From: the human T2T-CHM13v2.0 reference genome, Homo sapiens
Reading direction: 5' to 3' (one strand)
Assembly (NCBI RefSeq): GCF_009914755.1
Contig: NC_060947.1
DNA length: 64,000 nt
In this document: piece after piece, positions 14,575 through 26,729 of the stretch
Layout of the letters: every line of letters starts with the position of its first letter
Position numbering within the stretch: position 1 is the stretch's first letter
Notes under the pieces: model-generated
The model's database searches: none
Seen by the model: only the letters and a program-made list of their open reading frames with translations
Told to the model about the DNA's origin: nothing
Position numbers and translations under genes: made by a program

Positions 14575-14648
14575 AACACATTAATACCAAATAAATTATT
14601 GTATAGGATCTATAATTTAGTAAGAGTACATTTTATCATGATCTGTTC
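14575..14648 (-). mobile_element. BLACKJACK (hAT) internal fragment, inverted
   Basis: Reverse complement gaacagatcatgataaaatgtactcttactaaattatagatcctat..ttggtattaatgtg resembles the recalled segment just upstream of the CDIL motif. Confidence 0.45.
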
Positions 14649-14649
14649 T

Positions 14650-14840
14650 TGAGCCCCAGGCTGACAAACATTGTCACCAGTGCTATTGAATCCATGTGGG
14701 CCAATTCTTGGGCCTACAGGCATCTTGCCTTGGTTCTGGTAGTGGTGGCAGTGGGTGTGTGAATGGGCAGGTCCTTGAGCTCCCAGGCAGAGGGCATGGG
14801 ATGAGAGATGATGTTAGCAGTGGTGGTACAACCCTCTACC
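14650..14840 (-). mobile_element. L1M2-type 5'UTR fragment
   Basis: GC-richer ggtagtggtggcagtggg..gggcaggtccttgagctcccaggcag repeats typical of L1M 5'UTR in reverse. Confidence 0.6.
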
Positions 14841-14844
14841 TTTC

Positions 14845-15003
14845 ACACACATAAATTAGAATTGCCTCATAAAATGCTGTGATATTCTATCAATGTAGAG
14901 AACATAGCTGTCAACATTTACAAATACTTACATTAACAAAAAGTAATTGATTGAACTATAATCTTTCATGTGATAAAGATGGTGTTGAATAATATTTTGT
15001 AAT
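14845..15003 (+). mobile_element. BLACKJACK (hAT) transposase fragment
   Basis: tgctgtgatattcta..gtagagaacatagctgtcaacatttacaaatactta (CCDIL..VENIAVNIYKYL)..gatggtgttgaata; continues at ~22330. Confidence 0.65.
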
Positions 15004-15007
15004 CTTC

Positions 15008-15535
15008 GGCAGAGTGGCTTCAAGATGTTTGACCAAAGGCATCTGTTACTTATCTCCTCAAAATAATGAACAGATAATCATACTTCTAATAGATTATCTA
15101 AGAAAGCACATTGGAATTCAACAGCAAAGTGACAGAAAACACCTGAAGCAAGGAAGAAAAAGGAAGTAAGGCAGCCCGCTAGGCAGGGATTGGCTAGGAG
15201 ACTGGTGAGCCCCCATAATGCAAGTAAAGGGTTAGTGAGAGATCCCCAGTGGTCCACATTCCCCCTGAAACTCTTGCAATCCTAGCCATGAGAGAATGCC
15301 TTGATGCTAATGGGCCCTTAGCGTAATATAGGGAGCTACCTGGAGATTGTGCAATAACATTGCCCTAGAGAGAAAGTTCATGTTGGGTCCCACAAACCAT
15401 CTTAGTCCTAAGCAACTGCAATTTGGTATTACTTTGAGATCTCTGTCCCCACTACACTGCATCCTGCCCTGGGGCCCAACAGTCCCTGCATCTTTACATT
15501 CCTAGAGCCCCACTGACATCCCCATCTTACAGCCA
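15008..15535 (+). mobile_element. L1M2-type 5' end (start of 5'UTR)
   Basis: gtggcttcaagatgtttgaccaaaggcatctg...ggaattcaacagcaaagtgacagaaaacacctgaagcaaggaag. Confidence 0.8.
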
Positions 15536-15800
15536 ATGCTACTTATTTTTTGTTTCTGCATATAAAAAACTAGAATCATGTAAGTGAAATTAATTTAGAA
15601 TGAGTCATGTATCATCTACTTCTTGAAAAATTGACATCACTTTTCAATAAACACACACTTTTTAGTTTATTGGTTCATAAGAGTGCTCATTACATTACAA
15701 AATGTAAAAAGAGCTGACAAAGGATAAAATTAATAAATAGTTGTAGACTGTATAATAAATGATAAAACTTCTGTAACAAGAGTGCCATGCTACAACCAAA
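15535..15800 (-). mobile_element. BLACKJACK 5' / transposase N-terminal fragment, inverted
   Basis: Reverse complement aaagtgtgtgtttattgaaaag..caatttttcaagaagtagatgat and ttctaaattaatttcac..ttctagttttttatatgca resemble recalled BLACKJACK N-terminal coding segments. Confidence 0.5.
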
Positions 15801-16204
15801 TACAGAGGACAGCTCTATGGCATGACTGCTCAGCGTTGTCCAGCACATCTTTCATAACTACCTAGCCTTTATTTCTCACTTACCCCAACAACTGCCAGTC
15901 TAGTTAATTTCTACATTTGGCAGGCCTACTCTGAGTAATACCACTTGAGGACAGAAGTAGTGAGCAATCTCCAGCTGCTCATGCTTCAACTCACTTTGTT
16001 TTAACAGTAAGAATCCTTCATGCTGTCCTTAAAAGGAGATGTTATTAACACTGTTTGGACAGGGTTTTTCAGATTTACCCAAATGGTAAAATGAGACTCT
16101 GTTCACTACATGTGTGAACACTACTAGACAAAATAATGGGGGAAGCCAGAAGTACAATGTGGAGGTTAATCAAACATCCCAGTTTACTTTAATGTATTTA
16201 ATCA

Positions 16205-16812
16205 AGCGGTATGCACTGGTGTTGGCAGTGGATGCAATGAGCTGGGTGGGCCAGTCCCCAGGCCCTCAGGTTATATGTTAGAGTGAGTGCCAGCTGTGGT
16301 GGTAATAGCAGGTTTGGTGGGCCCATCCTCAGGCCTACAAGAGGATTGCCTAGATGCCAGTGGTAGTAGATGGGGAAGGGCAATATTCAGGCCCCCAGAG
16401 AGCATAGCATGCTAAGTTACTGGGTGAAGTGGAGTTGTGCCAGGCAGTCTTGTCCGTGTCTCTTTGGTGATGCATACAGGTGCTGAAGTTGTAGGCAGAG
16501 GGAGGCTAATTCCTAGGCCTCTGGTGGAATGCTCAGGTAGAAGTGGAAGTCACTGATCTGTGATCCTGATGTTGGGGAGCGTGGGCTTGCTTTTTGTTGG
16601 AGCAACTGTAGGCAGGCAGCTGGGGAGTGCATGCTTTGGCTGCAGGTGTTATCTGTGGGTGAGTTCATCTGTCCTTGGGGTATTTGTAAATGTGTGGCTT
16701 CCCCAGTGTTGGGGGTTGCAGAATTACTGCCAGTGGCTCATGATTTGGTCCTGGTGACAGCATCCAGCAGTGGCAGCATTTGTAGGTAGGAGAGTCTGTC
16801 CTTGGGATACAG
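16205..16812 (-). mobile_element. L1M2-type 5'UTR fragment
   Basis: gggtgggccagtccccaggccctcagg...gtggtggtaatagcaggtttggtgggcccatcctcaggcct...gggagagtctgtccttggg. Confidence 0.7.
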
Positions 16813-16862
16813 GATTTACAAGACAAACAGAAATCAGTTAAGAAAATGACAGGAATCAGTCT

Positions 16863-19268
16863 TATATTAGTCTGTTCTCTCACTGCTATAAAGAAATGCC
16901 TGAGACTGGGTAGTTTATAAAGGAAAGAGGTGTAATTGATTTACAGTTCCAAAGGCCTTGGGAGGCCTCAGGAAACTTACAATCATGGTGGAAGGGAAAG
17001 CAAACACATCCTTCTTCACATGGCGGCAGGAAAGAGAATTGCCAAGCAAAAGGGGAAAAGTCCCTTATAAAACCATCAGATCTCACAAAAACTCACTCAC
17101 TTTCATGAGAACAGCATGGAGGTAACTGCTCCCATGATTCAATTACCTCCCACTGTGTTGCTCCCATAACACATGGGGATAATGGAAACTATAATTCAAG
17201 ATGAGATTTGGGTAAGGACACAGCCAAAGCATGTGATTCTGCCCATGGACTTTCCCAAATCCCATGTCCTCACATTTCAAAACATAATCATACCTTTCCA
17301 ACAGTCCCTCAAGGTCTTAGCTTATTCCAGCATTAACCCAACAAGTTCAAGTCCAAAGTTTCATCTAAGACAAGGCAAGTTCCTTCTGCCTATGAGCCTG
17401 TAAAATGGAAAACAAGTTAGTTACTTTCTAGATACAATGGGGTTACAGACACTGGGTAAATACACTCATTCCAAATGGGAGGAATTGGCCAAAGTGAAGG
17501 GGATACAGGCCCCAGGCAATTCCAAACTCCAGCAGCACAGTCAAATCTTAAACTCTAACATGATCTCCATTGACTTCATGTCTCACATTGAGGTCACACT
17601 GATGCAAGACGTGAGCTCCCACAGCCTTGGGCAGCTCCACCCCTCTGGCTTTGCAGGGTACAGCCCCCATCCTGGCTGCTTTCATGGGCTTGTGTTGAGT
17701 GTCTGTGGCTTTTCCAGGCACACAGTGCAAACTGTCGGTGGATCTACCATTCTGGGGTCTGGAGGAAGTTGGCCCTCATCTGACAGCTCTACCAGGATGT
17801 GCCCCAGTGGAGACTTCGTGTGGGGGCTTCAACCCCACATTTCCCTTCTGCACCACCCTAGTGGAGATTCTCCCTGAGGGCTCCACCCCTGCAATAAACT
17901 TCTGCCTGGACATTCAGGTGTTTCCATACATGTTTTGAAAGCTTGACAGAGGTTCCCAAACCTCAATTCTTGACTTCTGTGCCCCCGTAGGCCCAATACC
18001 ACATGTGAGCTGCCAAGGCTTGGGACTTGCACCCTCTGAAGCAATGGCCTGAGCTGTACATTGGCACCTTTTAGCCACAGCTGGGATGCAGGGCACCAAG
18101 TCTCAAGACTGCACAAAGCAGCAAGGCCCTGGGTCCAGCCCACAAAATTATTTTTTTCCTAGGCCTTCAAGCCTGTGATAGAAGGGGCTGCTATGAAGAC
18201 CTATGACATGTCCTAGAAATATTCTCCCCATTGTCTTGGTGATTAACATTTGGCTCCTTTTACTTATGCAAATTTCTGCAGCCAGCTTGAATTTCTCCTC
18301 AGAAAATAGGTTTTTCTTTTCTATTACATCATCAGGATGCAAATTTTTCAAACTTTTATGCTCTGCTTCCCTTTTAAACATAAGTTCCAATCCCAAACTA
18401 TATCTTTGTGAATACATAAAGCTGAATGCATTTACCAGCACCCAAGTAACATCTTGAATGGTTTGTTGATTGGAAATTTATTCCACCAGACACCCTAAAT
18501 CATCTCTCTTAAGTTCAAATTGCCACAGATCTGTAGGGCAGGGGCAACTTTATTCCAGTTTCCAACAACTTTTTCATCTCTACCTGAAACCACCTGAGCC
18601 TGGAATTCATTGTCCATATTACTATCAGCATTTTTACTAAAGCCATTCAACAAGTCTCTATGAACGTTCAAACTTTCCCACGTCTTCCTGTCTTCTTCTG
18701 AGCCCTCCAAGTCTCTAGGAGGTTCCAAACTTTCTCACATTTTTCTGTCTTCTTCTGAGCCCTCCAAACTCTTCCAACCTCTGCCCATTACCCAGTTCCA
18801 AAGTTGCTCCCACATTTTCATGTATCTTTATAACAGCATCCACTCCCTCGCTACCAATTGGTCCCTAGGTACCAATTTACTGTATTACTTCATTCTCACA
18901 TGCTATAAAGAACTGCTCGAGATTGGGTAGTTTATAAAGAAAAGAGGTTTAATTTATTCACAGTTTTGCATGGCTGGGGAATCCTGAGGAAACTTACAAT
19001 TATGGCAGAAGGGAAAGCAAACACGTCCTTCTTCACATGGTGGCAGCAAGGAGAAATGCCAAGGAAAAGGGGAAAAAGCCCCCTATAAAAGCATCAGATC
19101 TCCTGAGAACTCACTCATTATCACAAGAACAGCATGGAGGTAAACCCCCCCCCCGCAACCACTGCTGTGATTCAATTACCTCCCACCTGGTCCCTCCCAT
19201 AACACATGGGATAATGGGAACTACAATTCAAGATGAGATTTGGGTGGGGACACAGCCAAACCATATCA
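16863..19268 (-). mobile_element. Full-length THE1C MaLR element (LTR 16863-~17236, internal ~17237-18880, LTR 18881-19268)
   Basis: Two direct LTRs (t[a/g]tatta...cacagccaaa..atatca) with gggaaagcaaacac.tccttcttcacatgg; THE1 internal sequence ending ggtaccaatttac; 5-bp TSD agtct (16858-16862) / agcct (19269-19273). Confidence 0.93.
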
Positions 19269-19768
19269 AGCCTTCAAACATCAATAATAACATTGAATAT
19301 AAACCAATTAAATATTTCACTTAAAATATATGGACTGCCTGAGTGGAGAAAATATTGACTCAACTATATGATGCCTACCAGAAACTCTTGTCACCTGTAA
19401 AAACAAATATAGTATGATGGTAAAGGGATGGGAAAAGATATTACTTGTATACAGAAGTCAAAGATGAGGAAGAATAGCTATACTTATATCAGATAACACA
19501 AGCTTTAAGTCAAATATTAGAAGAAAGGCAAAGAAGGTCATTATATAATGATAAAGGGATTAATTCAGCAAGAAGATATAACAATTCTAACTATATATGC
19601 ACCCAGCATCAAAAAACCCAGATATATAAAGCCAATATTGCTACATCAAAAGAGTGAGATAGACTCTAATACAATAATAGTTTTGGACATTAACACCCAT
19701 GATCAGCATAAGGCAGATCATCTAGAGAGAAAATTATTGAGAAATATTGGATTTAAACTGCACTTTAG

Positions 19769-20090
<322 letters not shown>

Positions 20091-22329
20091 TCTTTTTTTA
20101 ATTTTATCCGACAGTTATAAAATACACATTCTTTGCATCAGCACAAGTAATATTCTCCAGCGTAGATCATTTATGAAGATAAAAAACAAGCCTAAATTTA
20201 TTTTTAGAAATAAAATCATACCAAGTACGTTCTCAGACCACAATGAAATAAAATTAGAAATCTATAACAAAAATGACCATGGTACAAAAAAAAATTAAGA
20301 TAATAGTTTATGAATCTTTGAAACAAATGAAAGTAGAAATATAACATACCAAAACTTATGGGATACAGCAAAAGCAGTGCTAAGAGAGAATTTTATAGCA
20401 ACAGACACCTGCATCAAGAAAGTAGAAAAATTCCAAATAAAGAATTTAATAATGCACCTCAAGGAATGAGAAAAGCAAGAACATTTAAAACCCCAAATTA
20501 GTAAAGGAAAAGGAATAACAAAGACAAGAGGATAACTAAACACTATAAAGACCAAAAAAAAAAATGAAAATAAAAAAATCAACAAAATAAAAGTTGGTTT
20601 TCTGAAAAAATAAACAAAATTCATAAATCACTGGTAAGACAGATGGCCCAATAAAACCAGAAATGAAAAATAAAACATTACAGTTGATAGTACAAAAATT
20701 TTAAAAAATGTAATCAGAGACTATTATGAACAACTATATACTAAAAAACGGGAAAACCTAGATGAAATAGATAAATTCCTGAACACATACAACCCACTGA
20801 GATTGAATCAGGAAGAAATAAATATCTGAAAAGACCAATTATATGAGACTGAACAGTAATAAGACACCTCCCAGTAAAGTAAAGGCCAGGACTGCATAGT
20901 TTTGCAGCTAAATTTTACCTAACTTTCAAATAAGAACACTAATTCTCCTCAAACTACTCCAAAAAATTCAAGAGGAGGGAGTTCTCCCTAACTCATTCTA
21001 TGAGGCCAGTATTACTGATACCCAAAACACACAAGGACACAACAACAACAACAAAGAAAATTAAAGTGCAATATCCCTGATGAACTTAGATCCAAAAGTT
21101 CTCAAAAAATAACAGCAAACTGAGTCCAACAGCACATCAATAAGCCAATAAACCATGATCAAGTGGCATTTATCCCAGGGATGCAAGGATGGTTCACCAT
21201 ATACAAATCAATAAATGTAATACATCACATCAGCCAAATGAAGAACAGACACTATTTGATCATCCCAATAGGTGCAGAAAAAGCATGAGTAAATTCAACA
21301 CTCCTCATGATAAAAATTCTCAACAAACTAGGTATTGAAGGAACATACCTCAACATAATAATGGCCAGACATGACAAACCCACAGTTAACATCACACTGA
21401 ATTGAAAAAAAAAAAGAAATTTCTAGTTCTTTTCTCTAAGAACTAGAAAAAGAGAATACTGCCCACTTTCACCACCCATATTCAACATTGTACTGGAAAC
21501 GAGAGTGATCAGTCCAGAGAAAAAATAGAAGGCATCCAAACTGAAAACAACAAAGTCATATCAATTCCTCCTTGTAAGTGACATGAATTTATATTCAGAA
21601 AAAAACTAAAAAAATTCACAAAATACTTTTAGATCTGATAAACAAATTCAGGAAAACTTCAAGATACAAAATCAAAATATAAAAATCAATAGTTTTTCTA
21701 TTCAAAATAACAAAGTAGCTGAAAAAAGAAATCAAGAAGGCAAAACCATTTAAAATAGCTAAAAAACATAATACCTAGAAATAAAGTAAACTAAGGCAGT
21801 AAAAGACATCTGGAAAGAAAACTACAAAACACTGATGAAAGAAACTAAAGAGGACACAAACAAATGGAAAGACATCTCATATACATGGAACAGAGGAGTT
21901 AATATTGTTGGAATGACCATATACCCAAAGCAATTTAAAGATTCAATGCAATCTCTATCAAAACACTAATGATAGTTTTCACAGAAATAGAAAAAAAATT
22001 CTCAAATTTATATGAAACTAAAAGAGTCCAAATAGCCAAAGCAATCCTGCACAAAAAGAATAAAGTTGGAGGCATCACGTTACTTAACTTTAAAATATGT
22101 TACAAGGCTATAGTAACCAAAACAGTATGACATACATATAAAAACACACATAGACAAAGGGTATGGAATAGAGAAATCAAATAAGTCCATGTACTTACAG
22201 CCAACTCTTTTTTGAAAAAAGCATCAAGAATATTCATTAGGAAAAGGACACACAAGTCAATAAATGATGCTGTGTCTGGGCACAGAACACAGAAATGATA
22301 AATACCTTAGGTGATGGACACCCAAAATT

Positions 22330-23906
22330 ACATCTGCATGTACCTGCTTTCTCTTTTTGCTGTACATCATCAGAGTTTAGAAATGTTTGAAGAACTACTT
22401 TCAAAGAACTATTGTTTTGAATAACTATTTTGTAAGATCACCTATCTTACAATTGTAATGAGTTAGTTTTTGTAAATGAGTTATTTAAATTTTGCTTAAA
22501 TTTTTATTGATCTTAGTTGGAAATATTTAATGCACAACAAACAAAACACCAAAAAATGTGTCTTTTCAAACTTAATGAATCACAATGATTAAAAGCAAAT
22601 TAATGATATAGTTTGGATGCTTGTCCCTTCCAAATTTAATGTTGAGATGGGACCTCCAATGTTGAGGTGAGGCCTAATGGGAGCTGTTTGTGTCATGCAG
22701 GTGGATCCCTCATGAATGGCTTGGTGCTGTCCTCACAGTAATGAGTGAGTTTTCACTCTATTAGCTCACATGAGAGCTGGCTGCTTAAAAGAGCCTGGGA
22801 CCTCCTTCTCTCTCTCTTGCTCCCTCTCTTTCATGTGACATGCCTGCTCCTCCTTTGCCTTCTGCTATGAGTGAAATCTTCCTGAGTCCGTAGAAGAAGC
22901 CAAGCAGATGTTGGGCCATGCTTGTACATTTTGCAGAACTTTGAGCCAAATAAACCTCTTTTGTTTACAGATTACCCAGCCTCAGGTATTCTTTCATGGC
23001 AATACAAAATATACTAACACACTTGTAAACAGAAATGTTGAAATTTATTATTACAGAAAGGGGTCTGAACTAGCTCATTTGAACTTAAATTTTGTTAAAA
23101 AATTAATTTTGAAGTTCTGTAATTCTATAATGGCACTTTGTAATATATTAATTTGTAATTTTTTAAAGGAGCAACTATTTTAATTGGTTAAATTTATATT
23201 CTTTACCAGAATAGAGTAAAATAGAGAAGTCTAGAGTTTTGTAACATCAAAATTTGGTAAAACATTAAAAAGGTTAATAAAGAAAATAAGTTTTCAATGC
23301 ATTTTGTCTTGTAAAAATATTTGTCAAAAATAATACTCTGAATAGAGGCAAAATAGTATATTTAAACTAAAGCAAATGCACATTTTAATTCAAACAATAT
23401 AATTAGTAATATATTACATTTAGTAGAATTTTCTCTGGGTTTTTCAGGTACTCAGGAGTTACTGACAGAGTGTTGTCTCAATATAACTATCATAGAGTGA
23501 AGAGAAGAATCAATTGATGATATAAAACATTTCCAATTTATTAACCATGAAATGCAACTTTCAAGAACGTTTTGGAAAAAAATTAAAAGAATGAGACCAC
23601 ATTTAAAATGTATTTCATTTTGGAAAACACAATTGCATGATATTACAGACAGATATAGCTAAGAAACTGATTAAAGTACATGAAAATGTACCAAGAATAA
23701 GTCTTTCAACTTATTTTTAATGTTTATAGACATTATATAGTTTAATTTTAACATTAGTTTAATATACAAATATGTTGTCTTACTTTTGAAATAATTTTAC
23801 TATTTTTTGGTGTGCATATAATTTATTCTTAATTCCAACTGCATGATTTATTCCTTTTCTGCCTTTCACAGTGATTATTTTCATGGTAGAAATAGGAGTA
23901 ACTTTA
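22330..23906 (+). mobile_element. BLACKJACK (hAT) 3' half, interrupted by an MSTB LTR
   Basis: ctttctctttttgctg..ttagaaatgtttgaagaactacttt; tttaattggttaaatttatattct; ttttgtcttgtaaaaatatttgtc; hATC-like LVEFSLG..GT..RVLSQ at ~23420-23482; aatttattaaccatgaaatgcaactttcaagaa. Confidence 0.75.
22604..23021 (+). mobile_element. MSTB1-like MaLR solo LTR
   Basis: tgatatagtttggatgcttgtcccttccaaa...attacccagcctcaggtattcttt...ctaacaca. Confidence 0.9.
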
Positions 23907-24002
23907 TCATTTGCTTTATAATCAAAACATTTATGCCTTTCTAAGTTCTAAATGAAACATTTTACAGCAAAACATGTCTTTAATGCTATTTTAGCTTGTA
24001 TT

Positions 24003-24426
24003 TTTTAATTGAAACATTATAACTGTACATATTTACAGGGTAAAATTTGGTGTCTGGATATGTTCATACATTGTGTAATAATCAAATCTGGGTAAATAGT
24101 ATGTCTGTCACCTCAAACATTTATCATTTCTTTATGATGAGAATGTTTAAAATCATCTTTTCTAGCTATTTTGAAATATACAATATATTATCATTAACTA
24201 TAGTCACTTCACTGTGCAACAGAACACCAAAACTTATCCTTCACGTCTAACTCTAACTCTCTTCATCTTTCTCTTTTTTCCTACCCTCTCCAGCCTCTGG
24301 TAACCACTATTTGACTCTGTACTTCTGTGAAATCAACTTTTTTAGATTCCACATTTTAGTGAGATTATGGCTAAGCCCAGAGGACATTATGTTAAGTGAA
24401 ATAAACCAGGCAAAGGACAAATACTG
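24003..24426 (-). mobile_element. L1MA5/6-like 3' end with an inverted ~57-bp 5' segment (24370-24426)
   Basis: acctcaaacatttatcatttcttt...tagattccacattttagtgagattatg then plus-strand gaggacattatgttaagtgaaataaaccaggca..gacaaatactg. Confidence 0.85.
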
Positions 24427-24614
24427 AATATTTTTATTTAAAAAAATAGTTTTTAAATAAAACTAGTTTATAGACACACCACTACAGTGAAGCTAATTTG
24501 TCAGTTAATGCATACACATTTTTTAATTATATAATTTTAATATTTTCAGATTCTTTTTCATTCTCCAAAGTACTTTAGTTGGGATTACACATTGCAAATC
24601 TGATGGGCACTCTA

Positions 24615-24767
24615 TCCTTTGACCAAGGGCATCAGAAACACTGGAAGTGCCTGTTTAAAAAATGCAGATTTTGAAAACAGAATGAGGCTTTTCTGGGGTA
24701 GCCAGGAATCTGAATTTTTAATAGCCCTTGTGATTACTAAACATAATAAATTTTGAAAAGTGCATTG
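24615..24767. mobile_element. MER5-family hAT MITE
   Basis: catcagaaacactggaagtgcctgtttaaaaatgcagatt...ccaggaatctgaatttttaatagc. Confidence 0.65.
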
Positions 24768-25227
24768 GAAAGGAGATTCAACTTCTATAATCAAAGAACC
24801 TATAAACCAGAAACAGAAGCCCTGTGGGCATAGCAACAAGGAAATGGCATAGCCCTTGAAGAACTGGCATATAAAAAAAGCAATCTGGCTCATTGCAGCA
24901 TAGGCAGAATATTTTAAATTAAGCAATACCTTCAACATTTTTCCTTCTTATAAAAACAATTCATTTTCACTATAGAAAAATTAGAAAATACAAAAAAGCA
25001 AGAAGAAAATAAAAACCCATACAAGATTCATATGAATAAAACTATTGTTGAAACCTGGATTGATTTTATGTTCAAGCCTTTTACTTTGAGAATGCTGTTA
25101 AATTACATCACATGTTGAATTCTAATTTCAAAGATCGCGTTTTCTTTTTTTGAGTGCAAGTACAGTAGAGCTATACAAAGAAGAAGGTGTTGCATGAAGT
25201 ATGAAGGCTATTACCATGCTGCTTGTA

Positions 25228-25470
25228 TATTACAATGGTTAAGAACTAGACTTACAGAGTTAAAACTGCTTGAATTCAAATTCTAGCTCTATTACTTCTT
25301 TGTTTTGTGACCTTAGAAAGTTACTTAACCCGTTGTATCTCAGTTTGCTTACCTGTGAGAAGACGTTAATAATAGTACCTACTCATATTGTTGTTGCAAG
25401 CATTAACTAATAAGTAAATAGCATCTCACCAATTTTCAGAACTCAGTAAATGTTAGCTATTATTATTTTG
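25228..25470 (+). mobile_element. MIR
   Basis: aatggttaagaactagact..ttcaaattctagctct..tgtgaccttagaaagttacttaacc..ctcagtttgctt..aataatagtacctactcata..ctcagtaaatgttagctattatt. Confidence 0.85.
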
Positions 25471-25940
25471 AGCTCTGTGGTTTCATGAATATCCTATAGC
25501 TTAGCTCAGTGAGGAACAAGATCCAATCTTCTTTGAAGATTAACTTCTATATATCTTTATTAGAAGACTTATTATTTTGTTTTTGTTTATTTATTTAGAA
25601 TTTTAATTTTTGGGGGTGCATAGTAGGTTCTATTAGGCAAATAATGAAAATTTGAAAGGTCTTTGTCTATCCTTGTCATAAATAAATAAGTGGGGTATCT
25701 AGAGTCTTATCTAAGTTACAGGAGTAAGTATGATTCTTTGCAGTAAGCCATTTCTGGAAACACAAAATAGGGAAAGGTTTTTAAACTGTCATTGTTTTTC
25801 AGGGACACAGTGCTCAAATTAATTTTAAAATTGTCAGTTTGTATACTGAGGATATTTTCCTTGGCACCTACCTAATGCCCAGAGAGCACAGTCACTTCTA
25901 CCACCTGAATCTCTTCTTTTAAGAGGCATTCAGATTTATG

Positions 25941-25945
<5 letters not shown>

Positions 25946-26018
<73 letters not shown>

Positions 26019-26084
26019 TATATACATATATATATACATATATATATATATACATATATATATACACATATATATATATACGTA

Positions 26085-26124
<40 letters not shown>

Positions 26125-26161
26125 CACATATATATATATATATATACACATATATATATAT
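25946..26161 (+). repeat. Compound microsatellite: (CT)n followed by (TA)n/(TACA)-interrupted array
   Basis: Directly visible. Confidence 0.97.
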
Positions 26162-26556
26162 GTGGTTAGTGAGATTAGGGGAAAATGAAAGAGAATTGCC
26201 CTGGCCATTTCAGTTTCCACAGAGTAATGCTTTTCAATGAGTTCTTGCTTTTCACTTCTGTAAAAGTTTCTGTTTTATTCTTTTTCTAATTTTTTTTTGT
26301 TTGGTTCGTTTTGGTTTTATTTCTTTTTTTTTATGTGAGGTTGAATGTGTCTAGATAAATTATAAACATAATTTTTAATGAAATATAGTGGTTTCTTGCT
26401 CTCATCCATCCTAGCCCTGATCTCCAAAGGCAAATACTTTTAATTTTTGTAGTTGTTTCATCTAATAATGATGTCCATATTTCTAAGCAATATACATATA
26501 ATAAAGCCTTTTCTTGGGTTCATTAATTTTAAACATTTTCACATAGTCTTCTTAAA

Positions 26557-26729
26557 ATTTTTTAATTTTTGTGGGTACCTAATAGGTGTATATATTTATG
26601 GAGTACAGGAAATGTTTTGATAAAGGCATGCAATGAATAACAATCACATCATGCAAAATAGTGTATTCATTCCCTAAAGCATTTATTCTCTGTGTCACGA
26701 ACAATTCAATTATGCTCTTTTAGTTATTT
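26557..26729 (-). mobile_element. Short L1MA2/3 3'-end fragment
   Basis: tttttaatttttgtgggtacctaataggtgtatatatttatggagtac..gcatgcaatgaataacaatcacatcatg. Confidence 0.88.

Noticed and set aside
18640-18775. ~58-bp tandem duplication in the THE1 internal region
   Set aside because: As I recall it is part of the THE1C internal consensus, not locus-specific
16886-19324. Cluster of 60-146 aa ORFs
   Set aside because: All lie within THE1C LTR or internal sequence; fragmented and on both strands
25872-26240. YI/ER-rich ORFs (similar ones at 38652-39045 and 47194-47547)
   Set aside because: Translation artefacts of microsatellites
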